From NCBI GenBank assembly GCA_965243025.1, contig CBDETY010000003.1:352001-416000 (forward strand): 64,000 nucleotides of DNA, written 5' to 3'. The notes beneath the pieces were generated by a model that was not told where the DNA came from, did not search any database, and saw only the letters and a list, made by a program, of their open reading frames with translations. Below are positions 37,504 through 47,075 of the stretch, one piece after another. How positions within the stretch are numbered: position 1 is the first letter of the stretch; the number at the start of each line of letters is the position of its first letter. This DNA comes from Candidatus Latescibacterota bacterium (lineage in GTDB: Bacteria; Latescibacterota; UBA2968; UBA8231). Both the position numbers and the translations under genes were made by a program.

Positions 37504-38826
37504 TCAATACCCGGTCCGGCGCTGCCACCGCGGCCAACTGACGGAATCGCGGTCGATCTCCGTCTCGAAGGGGATTTCGTACAGATGCACGGCGTACCCT
37601 GAGAATGAATCCTCGAACGCCCCTGCCTCGACGTCGACCAGCCGGTTTTCGAAGCGCACGGCGGCGCGCGGCGCCAGTCCGGGGTCCGCCGCCGGCAGCG
37701 TGAAGCGGGCCCTGACCTGCTCGTCGCGGCCGTTGACGGCGATCAGGAAGTAACCGCCGGAGGTTTGCCGCAGGGACAGGTGCAGGGCCCCGTACCCCAA
37801 TTCCTCGGCATGCATGTCGGTCTTGATCGCGTCGACGCCGGCGGGGCCCTCGATGATTTCCACCCCGAGCGGCTCACTCACCTCCGGCGTCAGCAGGAAG
37901 GGGGCGAGGGTGCGCAGCTCCGCGGTCAGGTCCGCCCACTGGGCCCAGTACCCGGGCGACGATTCGTTCACCCACCACTCCTCGTCCCCGGCCCCGTAGT
38001 GGAAGCTGAAGTAGACGACGCCGCTGATGCCGCGGGCGACGGCCATGTAGGTCATGCAGCGGACCTCCGTCATGGTCGGGGGCCGGTCTCCTTCGCCTCC
38101 CTGGAGCGGCGCCATCTGCACGTACATCCATCCCAGCTTGCCTTCCCGGCCGGCGCCGGCGCCGTTGACGACGGCGTCGGAGAACTGTGCCATGTGGGTC
38201 AGCGGAAACAGCGGGACGGGGTAGACGTCGTCGGAGTGGATGTCGGCGACGTGGCGGTACTCGCGGTGATCCCTCTCGTAGCCGTAGGCCAGGTTGAGCC
38301 ACACCGGATGGTCGGGATCCAGGCGTTTTATCAACTCGTATGCCGGCAGAAGCTCTTCCGGCGGCATGGTGTAGGGCAGGTCGAGGTGGGGTTTGCCCTC
38401 GTCTCCGGGTCCGGGCTTGCGGATGTTGGGCTCGTCCTCGAGATCGTAGACCAGCAGCCCGGGGGCATCGCGGACGGCGCGAACGATCCGTTCGACCTGA
38501 TCGAGGTTGCGGCAGATGCCGTTGCCCAGGTGAACCGCCGCGTACATGCCGTTGGCGTAGGCGTCGTCGACGTCGGCGCGGAAGCTTTCCGGGTCGTCCC
38601 GGTAGCCGTGGGTGTTGACCATGTTGAAGCCCTTCCCGCCTGCCTCGGGCAGGGAGAAATGCCAGTGCGCGGCCCAGGCGATGCCGACCGGGAAGAAAGG
38701 GGCTCCGTTCACGTAGAGCCCTTCATCGCGGATTTCCACCCGCTCGACCGGTGGGGGCGGCTTTCCCCAAACCGACAGAACGCTCAAGGCCACGACAACC
38801 CCCACTCGTATGAGCACCATATCCAC
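37504..38826 (-). CDS. Secreted glycoside-hydrolase-like protein
   Basis: Signal peptide; LYVNGAPFFPVG, GFNMV, EDEP, DDVYP, MTYMAVARGISGVVYFSF. Confidence 0.75.
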   Translation of the reverse strand: MDMVLIRVGVVVALSVLSVWGKPPPPVERVEIRDEGLYVNGAPFFPVGIAWAAHWHFSLPEAGGKGFNMVNTHGYRDDPESFRADVDDAYANGMYAAVHLGNGICRNLDQVERIVRAVRDAPGLLVYDLEDEPNIRKPGPGDEGKPHLDLPYTMPPEELLPAYELIKRLDPDHPVWLNLAYGYERDHREYRHVADIHSDDVYPVPLFPLTHMAQFSDAVVNGAGAGREGKLGWMYVQMAPLQGGEGDRPPTMTEVRCMTYMAVARGISGVVYFSFHYGAGDEEWWVNESSPGYWAQWADLTAELRTLAPFLLTPEVSEPLGVEIIEGPAGVDAIKTDMHAEELGYGALHLSLRQTSGGYFLIAVNGRDEQVRARFTLPAADPGLAPRAAVRFENRLVDVEAGAFEDSFSGYAVHLYEIPFETEIDRDSVSWPRWQRRTGY

Positions 38827-39026
38827 GACCTCCTGCTCCCGGATTGCGAGAGCTGCTGACAGGCGATTCCGGATTGTCTGACTGTCTCCCGGCAGGCGAT
38901 ATCCCTCGCGGGTTCCCTTTCGCCGGATCCAGCCTGCCGGTGGCTGAGTTTTGCGGCAGGGTCAGGTTTCATGCGGCGATATCGACATGCCTTGGCGGTT
39001 TGGGACCTATTCTCGCCGATACCTGC

Positions 39027-40673
39027 TCACGCCTGCGGTATCACGAAGACTTCCACTTCCTCGATGACGATGTCTGCATCCGCCTCCGGGTCGGATACGG
39101 CGAGCTCGACCTCCAGCTCGTTCCAGCCCCAGACCGCCGGGGGAGCGCTCAGCGCCAGCCAGCAGGTCGCGAACGGAGGATCGGGGGCGGGAAAAAAGCT
39201 CTCGGCCACTTCCCGCGAATACCCCTGACGCATATATGCCGCGACCATTTCTTCTTCGGGTGGCTCGCGGTAATCGACGCGCACCTCGTTGTCGCGAACC
39301 CGCAGGTCGGCCGGGGGAATCGCGGTGCCGTTGACGGCCACCTTCAGGCGGTCGCGCAGCGTCATGTGGAAGGCGCGGAAGAGCAGCATGGCGGCCTTGG
39401 CCTCCTGCAGATGCTCGCGAACGGCAAAGCGGTAGACCCCTGCCGATGCACCCGGACCCCGGTGGAGGACGACTCGCTGCGCCTTGACGGCACCCGTCGA
39501 GGTGCGGTCGAGCCCGAATCCCCTGTACCCTCCCCAGGTGGCGTCGAATATGTAGTGCCGCCGGCCCTGGAGGACCCGCTCCGGTTTCAGGTCGCAGGCG
39601 TCGAACAGCGCAAAAGGATAGAACGGCGCGTGCGCGTTACCCCAGTCGTTCCCTCCGTGCATGTACTCGAAGTGGTTGTACAGGGAGATGCCGTCGGCCC
39701 CGGCGCCGTACATGTTCCTGGCGAGGGCGCGCCGGGAATCCTGGGAGATCGGCTCCTGCTTGAGACGGCGGCGGGCCCCGACGCTGGTCCAGGGCATCAT
39801 GCCAGGGTAGAGCATGCAGCCGGATGACCGGGTGAGCCCGGCGAACTCCTCGTAGGCGACGTTGAAATCGGCGTGCATGGTGTCGGCCGGCGCGATGTAG
39901 TCGACCGTTCCTTCCCGGACCCACCTCTCGACGTCGAGACCCATGTTCCGGCATTCCTCCAGCGAGGAAAACACGCGCGCTCCAAACACCCGCGGCTTGC
40001 GCGAGTGCGGCGAGGGTTCGTCGAGGACCGAGCGGATCCGCTCCAGCATGCCCGTCATCAGGCCGCGGCGGTCGTTCCCGGTGTCCGGGGGAAAGTAGCG
40101 GTGGTCGCGGTAGCACAGCTCCACGCCGTCGACGGCGAAGCGCTTCGCCACTTCGGTCACCACCGAGACGATGAAGTCCCGCACCTCGTCATGGGTGAAG
40201 TCCAGGGGCTGGCTCTCCCGGTAATGCTCGCCCTCCCGCGGAGACTCGGCGATCAGGAACCGGGGGTTGTCGACGATGAAGCCTGCCCCGGCCCCGACCC
40301 CCTGGGCCGTCGAGACGGCGCCGTGGTTGTCGTTGACGCGAAAACCGGCGAAGCACTCGATGCCGCGGCGGTGGCATTGATCGACGAGGACTTCGAAGGG
40401 CTGCACTCCGGAATCGAGCAGGGGCAGGAAGCGCCGGTGCTGGGGCCGCGCGTCGTACTCGAAGCCGCCTCCGCGCCAGTACACGGACCATCCCTGGGTG
40501 TATACCTCCTGGATGAAGGTATCGATTTCGGCGGCGGCGACGGCGTCGATCCAGCCCCTCAGATCCTCTTCGCGAACCGGGTCCGGAAGGTACCGGGAAG
40601 CGACGCTGGAAGGGTCGCTGACGTACAGGATGCGGCGGTCGCCGCGAGGGTTCAAACCATTGGAACCTGTCAT
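39027..40673 (-). CDS. Glycosyl hydrolase-like 10 (GHL10) family protein
   Basis: CHRRGIECFAGFRVNDNH, LDFTHDEVRD, VDGVEL, GLDVERWV.EG.VDY, GADGISLYN. Confidence 0.8.
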   Translation of the reverse strand: MTGSNGLNPRGDRRILYVSDPSSVASRYLPDPVREEDLRGWIDAVAAAEIDTFIQEVYTQGWSVYWRGGGFEYDARPQHRRFLPLLDSGVQPFEVLVDQCHRRGIECFAGFRVNDNHGAVSTAQGVGAGAGFIVDNPRFLIAESPREGEHYRESQPLDFTHDEVRDFIVSVVTEVAKRFAVDGVELCYRDHRYFPPDTGNDRRGLMTGMLERIRSVLDEPSPHSRKPRVFGARVFSSLEECRNMGLDVERWVREGTVDYIAPADTMHADFNVAYEEFAGLTRSSGCMLYPGMMPWTSVGARRRLKQEPISQDSRRALARNMYGAGADGISLYNHFEYMHGGNDWGNAHAPFYPFALFDACDLKPERVLQGRRHYIFDATWGGYRGFGLDRTSTGAVKAQRVVLHRGPGASAGVYRFAVREHLQEAKAAMLLFRAFHMTLRDRLKVAVNGTAIPPADLRVRDNEVRVDYREPPEEEMVAAYMRQGYSREVAESFFPAPDPPFATCWLALSAPPAVWGWNELEVELAVSDPEADADIVIEEVEVFVIPQA

Positions 40674-40719
40674 TCTTCAAATCTCCTCGGGCGGCGAATC
40701 ATCCGGTTTGCCAAAGCTG

Positions 40720-42669
40720 TCAAAACGTCATCACCGGGTTGAAGCTTCCCCCCGCCAGGTAGTCAATGCCGTACCAGACCCCCGCGGTGACGAACTGGCC
40801 GAGAATCAGCCCCATGAAGAACGGGCGGCTGCGCAGGTAGAGCTGGATGCCGCCGTATTTCATCACCACGGACTTGATGGCCCAGGCCAGGAAGACGCTG
40901 AAGAACATCATGCCGAAAACGGCGCTGGTGGGAAAGCCCAGCGGGTGGATGGGCCACCACGAAAAGCGCTGGCGGCCCAGCATCAGCAGGCCCATTACAG
41001 CGGCGCCGGCGGCGGTGTAGCCCCAGTTCTGCCAGTGGGGACCTTCGATGGTCTCGAGCCGGGCGGCGGCGATTTCGTAGGGGAGCCGGGCCGACCCCAG
41101 GAAAAACACGTCGGCGTTGACGCCGCCGTAGCGGTAGCTCAGCTCGAGCATCGACCAGACCGAGCTGCACAGGGTGATTGCGATCGCCGCAAGCATTGCC
41201 CAGAAGATCAGGCGCATGCCCCTGCGTATGGTTTCGGCGGCGATTTTCAGGGCATTGGCGGAGGAGGCCATGACGAAGGTCAGGATATCGCTGGCCCACA
41301 CGTAGGTAAAGGCGAAAGCCATGATGCCGGAAGCACCCAGGACGCGGGTGCCGAAGCCGGCGGTGACGAAGTCCGAGGCGATCATCGGGGCGAAGATGAA
41401 GGCCAGACCCCCTTCGGCGACCACGCGGGTGATCCCGATGAAGAGAACGAAGGCGAAGAACAGGTAGACGGGGGTGACCCAGCCCGGCAGCCCCGACTGC
41501 CACAGCCAGACGCCGACGAAGAGCAGGCTGCCGGTCAGCAGGAGCACGGCTGCCCGGTAGGAGAGGATCTCGTCCGAGTCGTCGACCTCGCTGGCAGAAG
41601 AAAGGGCCTTGCGGAAAACCTGGCGCAGGTGGCCGCGGGCCGTCCACAGGCCGAACAGGACGAGCATGATGACGGCGCCGAAGCCCTGGTGCACGACGAT
41701 GGAGCCGGTGTAGGCGCTGTAGTTGCCCAGGAGCGGATCGAATTCCTGGACGCCGAGCACGTTGAGGATGCCCTGCTCGACGGTGTTGAGCAGGTAGAAG
41801 AAACAGAGGCCGAAGGCGATCTCCCTGTTGATGAAGTAGGAGAAGCCGAGCATCTGGAAGCTCACGTTCAGGGGAACGTGGACAGAATCGCGGAAGAGGG
41901 GAACCGCGGCGCCGTACAGGGAGACTCCCGGTATATGGGGGAAGTAGTGGTTCAGACCGTTGAGGCTCTGCAGGACGGCGGGGACGGCGAAGCCCGCCCA
42001 CATGACCGGATTCCTGAAGAAAGGACCGATGATGCCTGGCCGCTCGTCGCTGTCCTGAATCATGGCGATGGGCAGCTGCACCAGCGGGAAGACGAGGCGT
42101 TCGCGCTCGACCCACTGCTTTCGCAGGATGACGGTGATCGAGATCATGGCCAGGTACACGGCGGTGATGAAGGAGAGCCAGTAAAGCAGGGGCGGCAGCC
42201 ACATCGCCCACGGTATGCCGCGGCCGAGGGGAGCGCCTTCGTAGAAGTCCTTTACATCCGCGAATTCCCTGAAGGGGATGATCCAGTCGGGGATGTGCGG
42301 CAGCAGAAGCTTGCTCCACTCGTTTTCCGGCGAGGCGTAGTAGACGACGCCGGTGATGTCGGGGAGCAGGAAGGAGGTGAATCCCCACTCGGGAATGGCG
42401 GTGGCGACGATCCACATGATGTAGACGAGGGCAAGCTCGGCCCGGCTCAGCATCCAGGAGCGGCGCAGCAGGCCGAGGAAGGAGTTGAAGAACAGGACCA
42501 GGAAGAAGAAGAGGATGATGGCGGCGGGGGTGTTGAAGTAGGAGGCGATGCGGGAGCCGTGCAGCACCATGTTGCAATACGGCACCCCGCTGCCGATGGC
42601 GGCAGACCCGAGAGCGCCGATGAGGAACGCGCGAACGGTAGGTCGGAGGGAGGGCGGGTTCGAGTTCAG
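40720..42669 (-). CDS. DUF6785/DUF6784-type polytopic membrane protein, 649 aa, probable CTG start
   Basis: Paralog of 21050-22999 (AEL..VY.M, YYASPENEW, QWVERERLVFPL, WPIHPLGF, RPFFMGL). The first TM helix TVRAFLIGALG lies upstream of the ORF-track start. GGGAGG-6 nt-CTG at 42669. Confidence 0.85.
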   Translation of the reverse strand: MNSNPPSLRPTVRAFLIGALGSAAIGSGVPYCNMVLHGSRIASYFNTPAAIILFFFLVLFFNSFLGLLRRSWMLSRAELALVYIMWIVATAIPEWGFTSFLLPDITGVVYYASPENEWSKLLLPHIPDWIIPFREFADVKDFYEGAPLGRGIPWAMWLPPLLYWLSFITAVYLAMISITVILRKQWVERERLVFPLVQLPIAMIQDSDERPGIIGPFFRNPVMWAGFAVPAVLQSLNGLNHYFPHIPGVSLYGAAVPLFRDSVHVPLNVSFQMLGFSYFINREIAFGLCFFYLLNTVEQGILNVLGVQEFDPLLGNYSAYTGSIVVHQGFGAVIMLVLFGLWTARGHLRQVFRKALSSASEVDDSDEILSYRAAVLLLTGSLLFVGVWLWQSGLPGWVTPVYLFFAFVLFIGITRVVAEGGLAFIFAPMIASDFVTAGFGTRVLGASGIMAFAFTYVWASDILTFVMASSANALKIAAETIRRGMRLIFWAMLAAIAITLCSSVWSMLELSYRYGGVNADVFFLGSARLPYEIAAARLETIEGPHWQNWGYTAAGAAVMGLLMLGRQRFSWWPIHPLGFPTSAVFGMMFFSVFLAWAIKSVVMKYGGIQLYLRSRPFFMGLILGQFVTAGVWYGIDYLAGGSFNPVMTF

Positions 42670-42711
42670 GACGGGCCTCCCGGCGGGAAGGACGACCGGG
42701 GAAGGGCGTTG

Positions 42712-42740
42712 AGGGTACCCGGGTTTCTCGAACCTGTCAA
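42712..42740 (-). promoter_or_regulatory. Sigma70 promoter of the DUF6785/GHL10 unit
   Basis: Minus strand TTGACA (42740-42735), 17-nt spacer, TACCCT (42717-42712). Confidence 0.65.
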
Positions 42741-42846
42741 TGAACCCTTTCCCGGTCCGGCGGGCGGGTCCGAGCCGGGAGGGGAAGTAACCTTAACTTG
42801 CTGCAGGACAGCATGTTAAGGGACTTCATGTCAATTGAGAAAGTCC

Positions 42847-42912
42847 TTGACACACAAGCTTTTACGTTCCTTATTTATCGGGTCCAATCAGAACAAGGTG
42901 CACTTAAGTGCA
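42847..42912 (+). promoter_or_regulatory. Putative promoter and palindromic operator of the envelope operon
   Basis: TTGACA at 42847-42852 in an AT-rich tract; perfect 14-bp palindrome TGCACTTAAGTGCA at 42899-42912; AGGAGG SD downstream. Confidence 0.55.
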
Positions 42913-42946
42913 GCAACCTACACTCAATCTCAGGAGGATTGAAACC

Positions 42947-43813
42947 ATGCGAAAGCTGCTTTTGCTGCCGCTGGCCGTGGCCATGATGGCCGTACCGGCG
43001 TCGGCGCACCAGGGCGACGGCCCGTTTCTGGCCGCTCAGTTTCCAGACGACGGGTTGCCCACGATCGACGGGAACATATCCGAGTGGCAAGCGCTTCCCG
43101 ACCATTTCCAGGTTCTGATCGAAGATACGAGAAACGCCTACGCCGAGAGGAGCGGGGGCGAACTCGACAAGGCAGACCTGGACTTCGGCTTCTGGGGGGG
43201 TTACAACGCCAACAGCGATCAGTTGTACGCGGCGGTCTGGGTTTTCGACCAGCTCCACGTGAGAGATGCTCCCGACGCCACGGACTGCACCTGCAACGAT
43301 GACAACTACGAGTTTTTCACCGACGGCGATCACTCGCTCGACGACGCCGCCTACGGCAACGGATGGTGGAACATCGCGGTGCCTCCGGTTGAGGGTAAGA
43401 GCCATACCCCCGATGTCGGGTTTCACACACAGCCCCCGCACTTCGTGTACGCCACCTCTTTCGAGGGCGAGGAGTTCGGCGAGAGCACTTATTACTACGA
43501 AGTGGCATTCACTCCCTGGGACGACTTGCAGAGGGACGGCGACGGAAACGACGCCGGCTCCGTCCAGTCCACGCTCGATCCGGGCGAGATTATCCATTGG
43601 GAGATGATCGTCACGGACGACGACGCCGAGCTGAGCCATGCCGAACAGTACCCCAACGGCACCTGGAAGAACGACGGCTGGTGGTCCCTCGGGGTAGGCG
43701 CTGCCCACAGCGACAGGGCTCCCGATTGGGAGCTCGACACGGATATCACCAGCGCCATGCCCACGGCGGTGGAGAGCAAGACCTGGGGCCGCCTGAAGTC
43801 CCGGTTCCGCTAA
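42947..43813 (+). CDS. Secreted CBM9/DOMON-like protein with C-terminal TAVESKTWGRLK tail
   Basis: Signal peptide (ASA-H), PTIDGNISEW, DNYEFFTDGDHS, YYYEVAFTPWD; strong SD. Confidence 0.8.
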   Translation: MRKLLLLPLAVAMMAVPASAHQGDGPFLAAQFPDDGLPTIDGNISEWQALPDHFQVLIEDTRNAYAERSGGELDKADLDFGFWGGYNANSDQLYAAVWVFDQLHVRDAPDATDCTCNDDNYEFFTDGDHSLDDAAYGNGWWNIAVPPVEGKSHTPDVGFHTQPPHFVYATSFEGEEFGESTYYYEVAFTPWDDLQRDGDGNDAGSVQSTLDPGEIIHWEMIVTDDDAELSHAEQYPNGTWKNDGWWSLGVGAAHSDRAPDWELDTDITSAMPTAVESKTWGRLKSRFR

Positions 43814-43941
43814 TCTTCACGGATCGAGGCTGATCGATACGATCAGGCGAAATCTTTTCTGAGGATACTGAACGAGGGAGGGGTTCGATGACCTCCCTCG
43901 TTTTTCTTTTCATGCCCTGCAAGGGAGTCGGGAGACGCCAT

Positions 43942-46900
43942 ATGTACGGATCTCCCTCCATGACGAGGGCGGCCCTCTGGGCCGCGATCCTGCTGCTCTG
44001 GTCGAATCCGGGTTTTGCCCAGGAACAGCCGGGTTACCGGATCGATACCGGGAAGCGGCAGATCACCGTCAACACGGACAAGCACTGGGGCCAGTGGCTC
44101 CTGGGGGATCTGGATCAGCCGGTCGATTCGGTCCGCCAGGATGTCCTGGAACTGCGGATGAAGGACGGCGGCGGGGATGCCCTGCTCGTCCCCCGCGAGT
44201 TCCGCCGGCAGGTTGACGCGCTGACCGACGCGCCGGCCTTCAACCACGTCATCGACGCCAGGGACGAGCAGCAGTTCATCAACGTCCTCGAGGGTCCGCG
44301 AGCCACCGGCGGCGTCAAGAACGCCGGCTCGAACCTCGCGCTCGCCGAAGGCGCCATCGACCGGGGGGACGACCGCTACCGGACCTACTGGCAGCCGGAC
44401 CTGGACGAGCCGTCGTTCAAGTGGTGGATCGAGTTCGACATGGGCCGGCTGGTTTCGGCCGAGAAGATCATCCTGCGCTTCGTCGACGAAGAGCTGGGGG
44501 ACCCCTTCCTGCAGTTCCGGGTCCTGGTTTCTACCGGGTTGCTCAGATTCGACAGCAAGGTGCGGCCGCTGGACTACCGCACCGTCGGCGGCACCACGCG
44601 GGGGATTCGCGACCAGCGGGAGTTCGTGTTCGACCTCGAACCGGACGTGAAGGCCGATCCGGATTTCACCGGGACGCCCGTACAGTACGTCCGCATCGTC
44701 GTGACCGACAGCAATCTGGACCGGGCCGGGGAAGTAACCCGGGAGGTCTATGAGAACGACCTGTCCCCGGACAGCCGGGGGAGAATCGAGTACTACCTCA
44801 AGAGCTTTGACGGCGACGAGGTCCTGACGACCCGGGAAGTGTATGAGACCGTCGAGACAGAGGAGCCCGACCGCCTGGGCTCGGTGCGCTGGTATCGGAG
44901 GGAACGCCCGCGCCTCGCGGACGTGCAGGTCATCGCGACCGGCGACAACATAGCCCTCGGGATTCTCGACAGGGGTGGCCGGCTCACCTATCTGGGCAAG
45001 GTACCGGATATCCTGACGAATGCTTTCAACGGCAGCTTCCTGGACGAATGGCGTTCCACGCTCAACATGAAACCCGGACAACCCCGGGCAGAAGAGGGCG
45101 GGCCGCTCATCGTCGATCTGGGAGCCTTGTTCTGGGTGGACGCCTTCCGCATTCTCGGCAACCCGAAAGCCGCCCAATACCCGCTCTGGGGGTGGACGGT
45201 CCGGGTTTCGGACGGTTCCACGGCCTCGGACGGCACCCCGATCTGGAACCGGGTCTCGCCGCCTGAGCGGGAACGCAACGCGACCACGGACAGGTTCATC
45301 TATGCGGAGGACCGTTTCGAACCGCTTCGAACCCGCTTCATCGAATTCGTCCACCTCGACGGCTCCAACACCGCGGTGCCCACGCATGTCGGCATCCGCC
45401 AACTGCAGGTGTTCGGCGAGGGACGTGTCGCCGGGGTGGTTCTCACTTCCCCCCTGATCGAGTTCAAGGACAGGAGCAACCGGCGCCAGGCGCGCGCCCT
45501 GACCCGGGTGGAATGGGTCGGCGACACCCCTCCGGGGACCCGCATCGAAGTCCGTACTCAAACCGGGAACGAGGTCGTTCCGAAGTGGCGGTTCTTCCTC
45601 ACCGATGGACAGGAGGTGACCCGCGACAAGTACTGGCACAGGAGGACGAGAGAGAAAGACCGGGGCGATTCGCTCGCGACCTTTACCCCGGGGGTTGATT
45701 GGAGCGCCTGGAGCAGGGCCTACGAGCATTCCGGAGACCGGTTCGTCTCCCCCTCGCCGCGCCGGTTCCTCAAACTGGAGGCCAGGCTGATTTCGGACCG
45801 GCCGGATGCCGTCGCCACCCTGGACTCGATTATCGTCCACTTCACCGATCCCTTCGCCAGCCAGGTCCTGGCCGAGGTAACCCCCCAGATCGATGTCGCC
45901 AGCGGCGTGCCCGACACCTTCTCCGTCTTCGTGCGGCCGCTGTTCCGGGCCGACGAGCCGGATACCAGCACCCGTTTCGACGAGATTCGGCTGCTGGCTT
46001 CGCATCGAACGGATATGGAATTGATAGAGGTGCGTGCAGGCGGGCAGGAGGCGCTCCTGGCAGGCGAAGAAGCCGAAGTCGAGGTATTCGGGGAGGACGG
46101 CCGGGGCGGTTTTGTCAATGCAGCGGGAGATCGCCTCGAGGTCGTCCCGACCCGCGCCGACACCTTGTGGATAAGGTTGCCGGGTCTCGTGAACTACGAC
46201 GCCGGCAGCCCCCCGGTCTACTACCGCATCGCGGCGGCGGGAGACGAAGCCCCGCTCGACAAATCCGGAGGCGTGCTGACCCAGGCCGCATGGAGCCGGT
46301 TGCCGACGGAGCCGCTCAACGAGCAGGGCCGCATCGACTATTTCGAGGTCGCGGCGGCCGATCCGGAGACGGGGGCTCAGACTCTGCGCCAGGTGAACGA
46401 GGCCGAGTACAACGAACTTCCCTTCGAGTCCCAGGGCCCGGTGCGCTACTACCGCGTCCTCTTCGAAGGGGAAGAGGTGGCTCTCGGCAACGACGGCGAG
46501 CCCCTGACCGCACAGAGCAACGGGCCGGTGCTGCGCGAGGGCGAGGTGGTGGAGCTGCGCTTCCGTTCCCGCATCTTCGTGAGCGGCACGACCTTCTCCG
46601 CCGAGGTGGCCAACTCGGAGGTCGCCGACACGAGCATCCCCGAGCTCTGGCAGAAGGCGGACTCCGGCAACGCCATGGAGGGGATCGACGGGCAAGGGAC
46701 GGCGGTCATCACCCCCATCGGCGACCAGCAGGCGCTGTCCGCTCTGGAGATCGGGCCGAATCCCTTCACTCCCAACGGCGACGGCATCAACGACCGGCTG
46801 AGACTCCTGCTTTCGGTGTCGAATGTCGATGCGCCGCGCCGCGTCGAAGCCCGGTTCTTCACCCTGGCCGGCGTAGAGGCCGCGGTGGTGTCCCGCGAGC

Positions 46901-47058
46901 AGGCGGGGGGAGAGTGGGTGCTGGAATGGCAGGGCCGCGGCGGCAACGACGACGAAGGGGAGCTGGTGGCGCCCGGACTCTACATCTGCCGCGTCCACGT
47001 GGACAGCGACGCCGGCTCGGACAACACCGCGGTCCGGCTCGTCAGCGTGGCGTACTGA
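43942..47058 (+). CDS. Large secreted protein (1038 aa), discoidin/beta-sandwich-like domains plus C-terminal FlgD-Ig/CHU_C-like domain
   Basis: Signal peptide (GFA-Q); WWIEFDMGR; WSAWS...SPSPRRF; PNPFTPNGDGIND...WQGR...G.LVAPGLYIC. Confidence 0.85.
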   Translation: MYGSPSMTRAALWAAILLLWSNPGFAQEQPGYRIDTGKRQITVNTDKHWGQWLLGDLDQPVDSVRQDVLELRMKDGGGDALLVPREFRRQVDALTDAPAFNHVIDARDEQQFINVLEGPRATGGVKNAGSNLALAEGAIDRGDDRYRTYWQPDLDEPSFKWWIEFDMGRLVSAEKIILRFVDEELGDPFLQFRVLVSTGLLRFDSKVRPLDYRTVGGTTRGIRDQREFVFDLEPDVKADPDFTGTPVQYVRIVVTDSNLDRAGEVTREVYENDLSPDSRGRIEYYLKSFDGDEVLTTREVYETVETEEPDRLGSVRWYRRERPRLADVQVIATGDNIALGILDRGGRLTYLGKVPDILTNAFNGSFLDEWRSTLNMKPGQPRAEEGGPLIVDLGALFWVDAFRILGNPKAAQYPLWGWTVRVSDGSTASDGTPIWNRVSPPERERNATTDRFIYAEDRFEPLRTRFIEFVHLDGSNTAVPTHVGIRQLQVFGEGRVAGVVLTSPLIEFKDRSNRRQARALTRVEWVGDTPPGTRIEVRTQTGNEVVPKWRFFLTDGQEVTRDKYWHRRTREKDRGDSLATFTPGVDWSAWSRAYEHSGDRFVSPSPRRFLKLEARLISDRPDAVATLDSIIVHFTDPFASQVLAEVTPQIDVASGVPDTFSVFVRPLFRADEPDTSTRFDEIRLLASHRTDMELIEVRAGGQEALLAGEEAEVEVFGEDGRGGFVNAAGDRLEVVPTRADTLWIRLPGLVNYDAGSPPVYYRIAAAGDEAPLDKSGGVLTQAAWSRLPTEPLNEQGRIDYFEVAAADPETGAQTLRQVNEAEYNELPFESQGPVRYYRVLFEGEEVALGNDGEPLTAQSNGPVLREGEVVELRFRSRIFVSGTTFSAEVANSEVADTSIPELWQKADSGNAMEGIDGQGTAVITPIGDQQALSALEIGPNPFTPNGDGINDRLRLLLSVSNVDAPRRVEARFFTLAGVEAAVVSREQAGGEWVLEWQGRGGNDDEGELVAPGLYICRVHVDSDAGSDNTAVRLVSVAY

Positions 47059-47075
47059 GAAAGAGGTCCACCACC

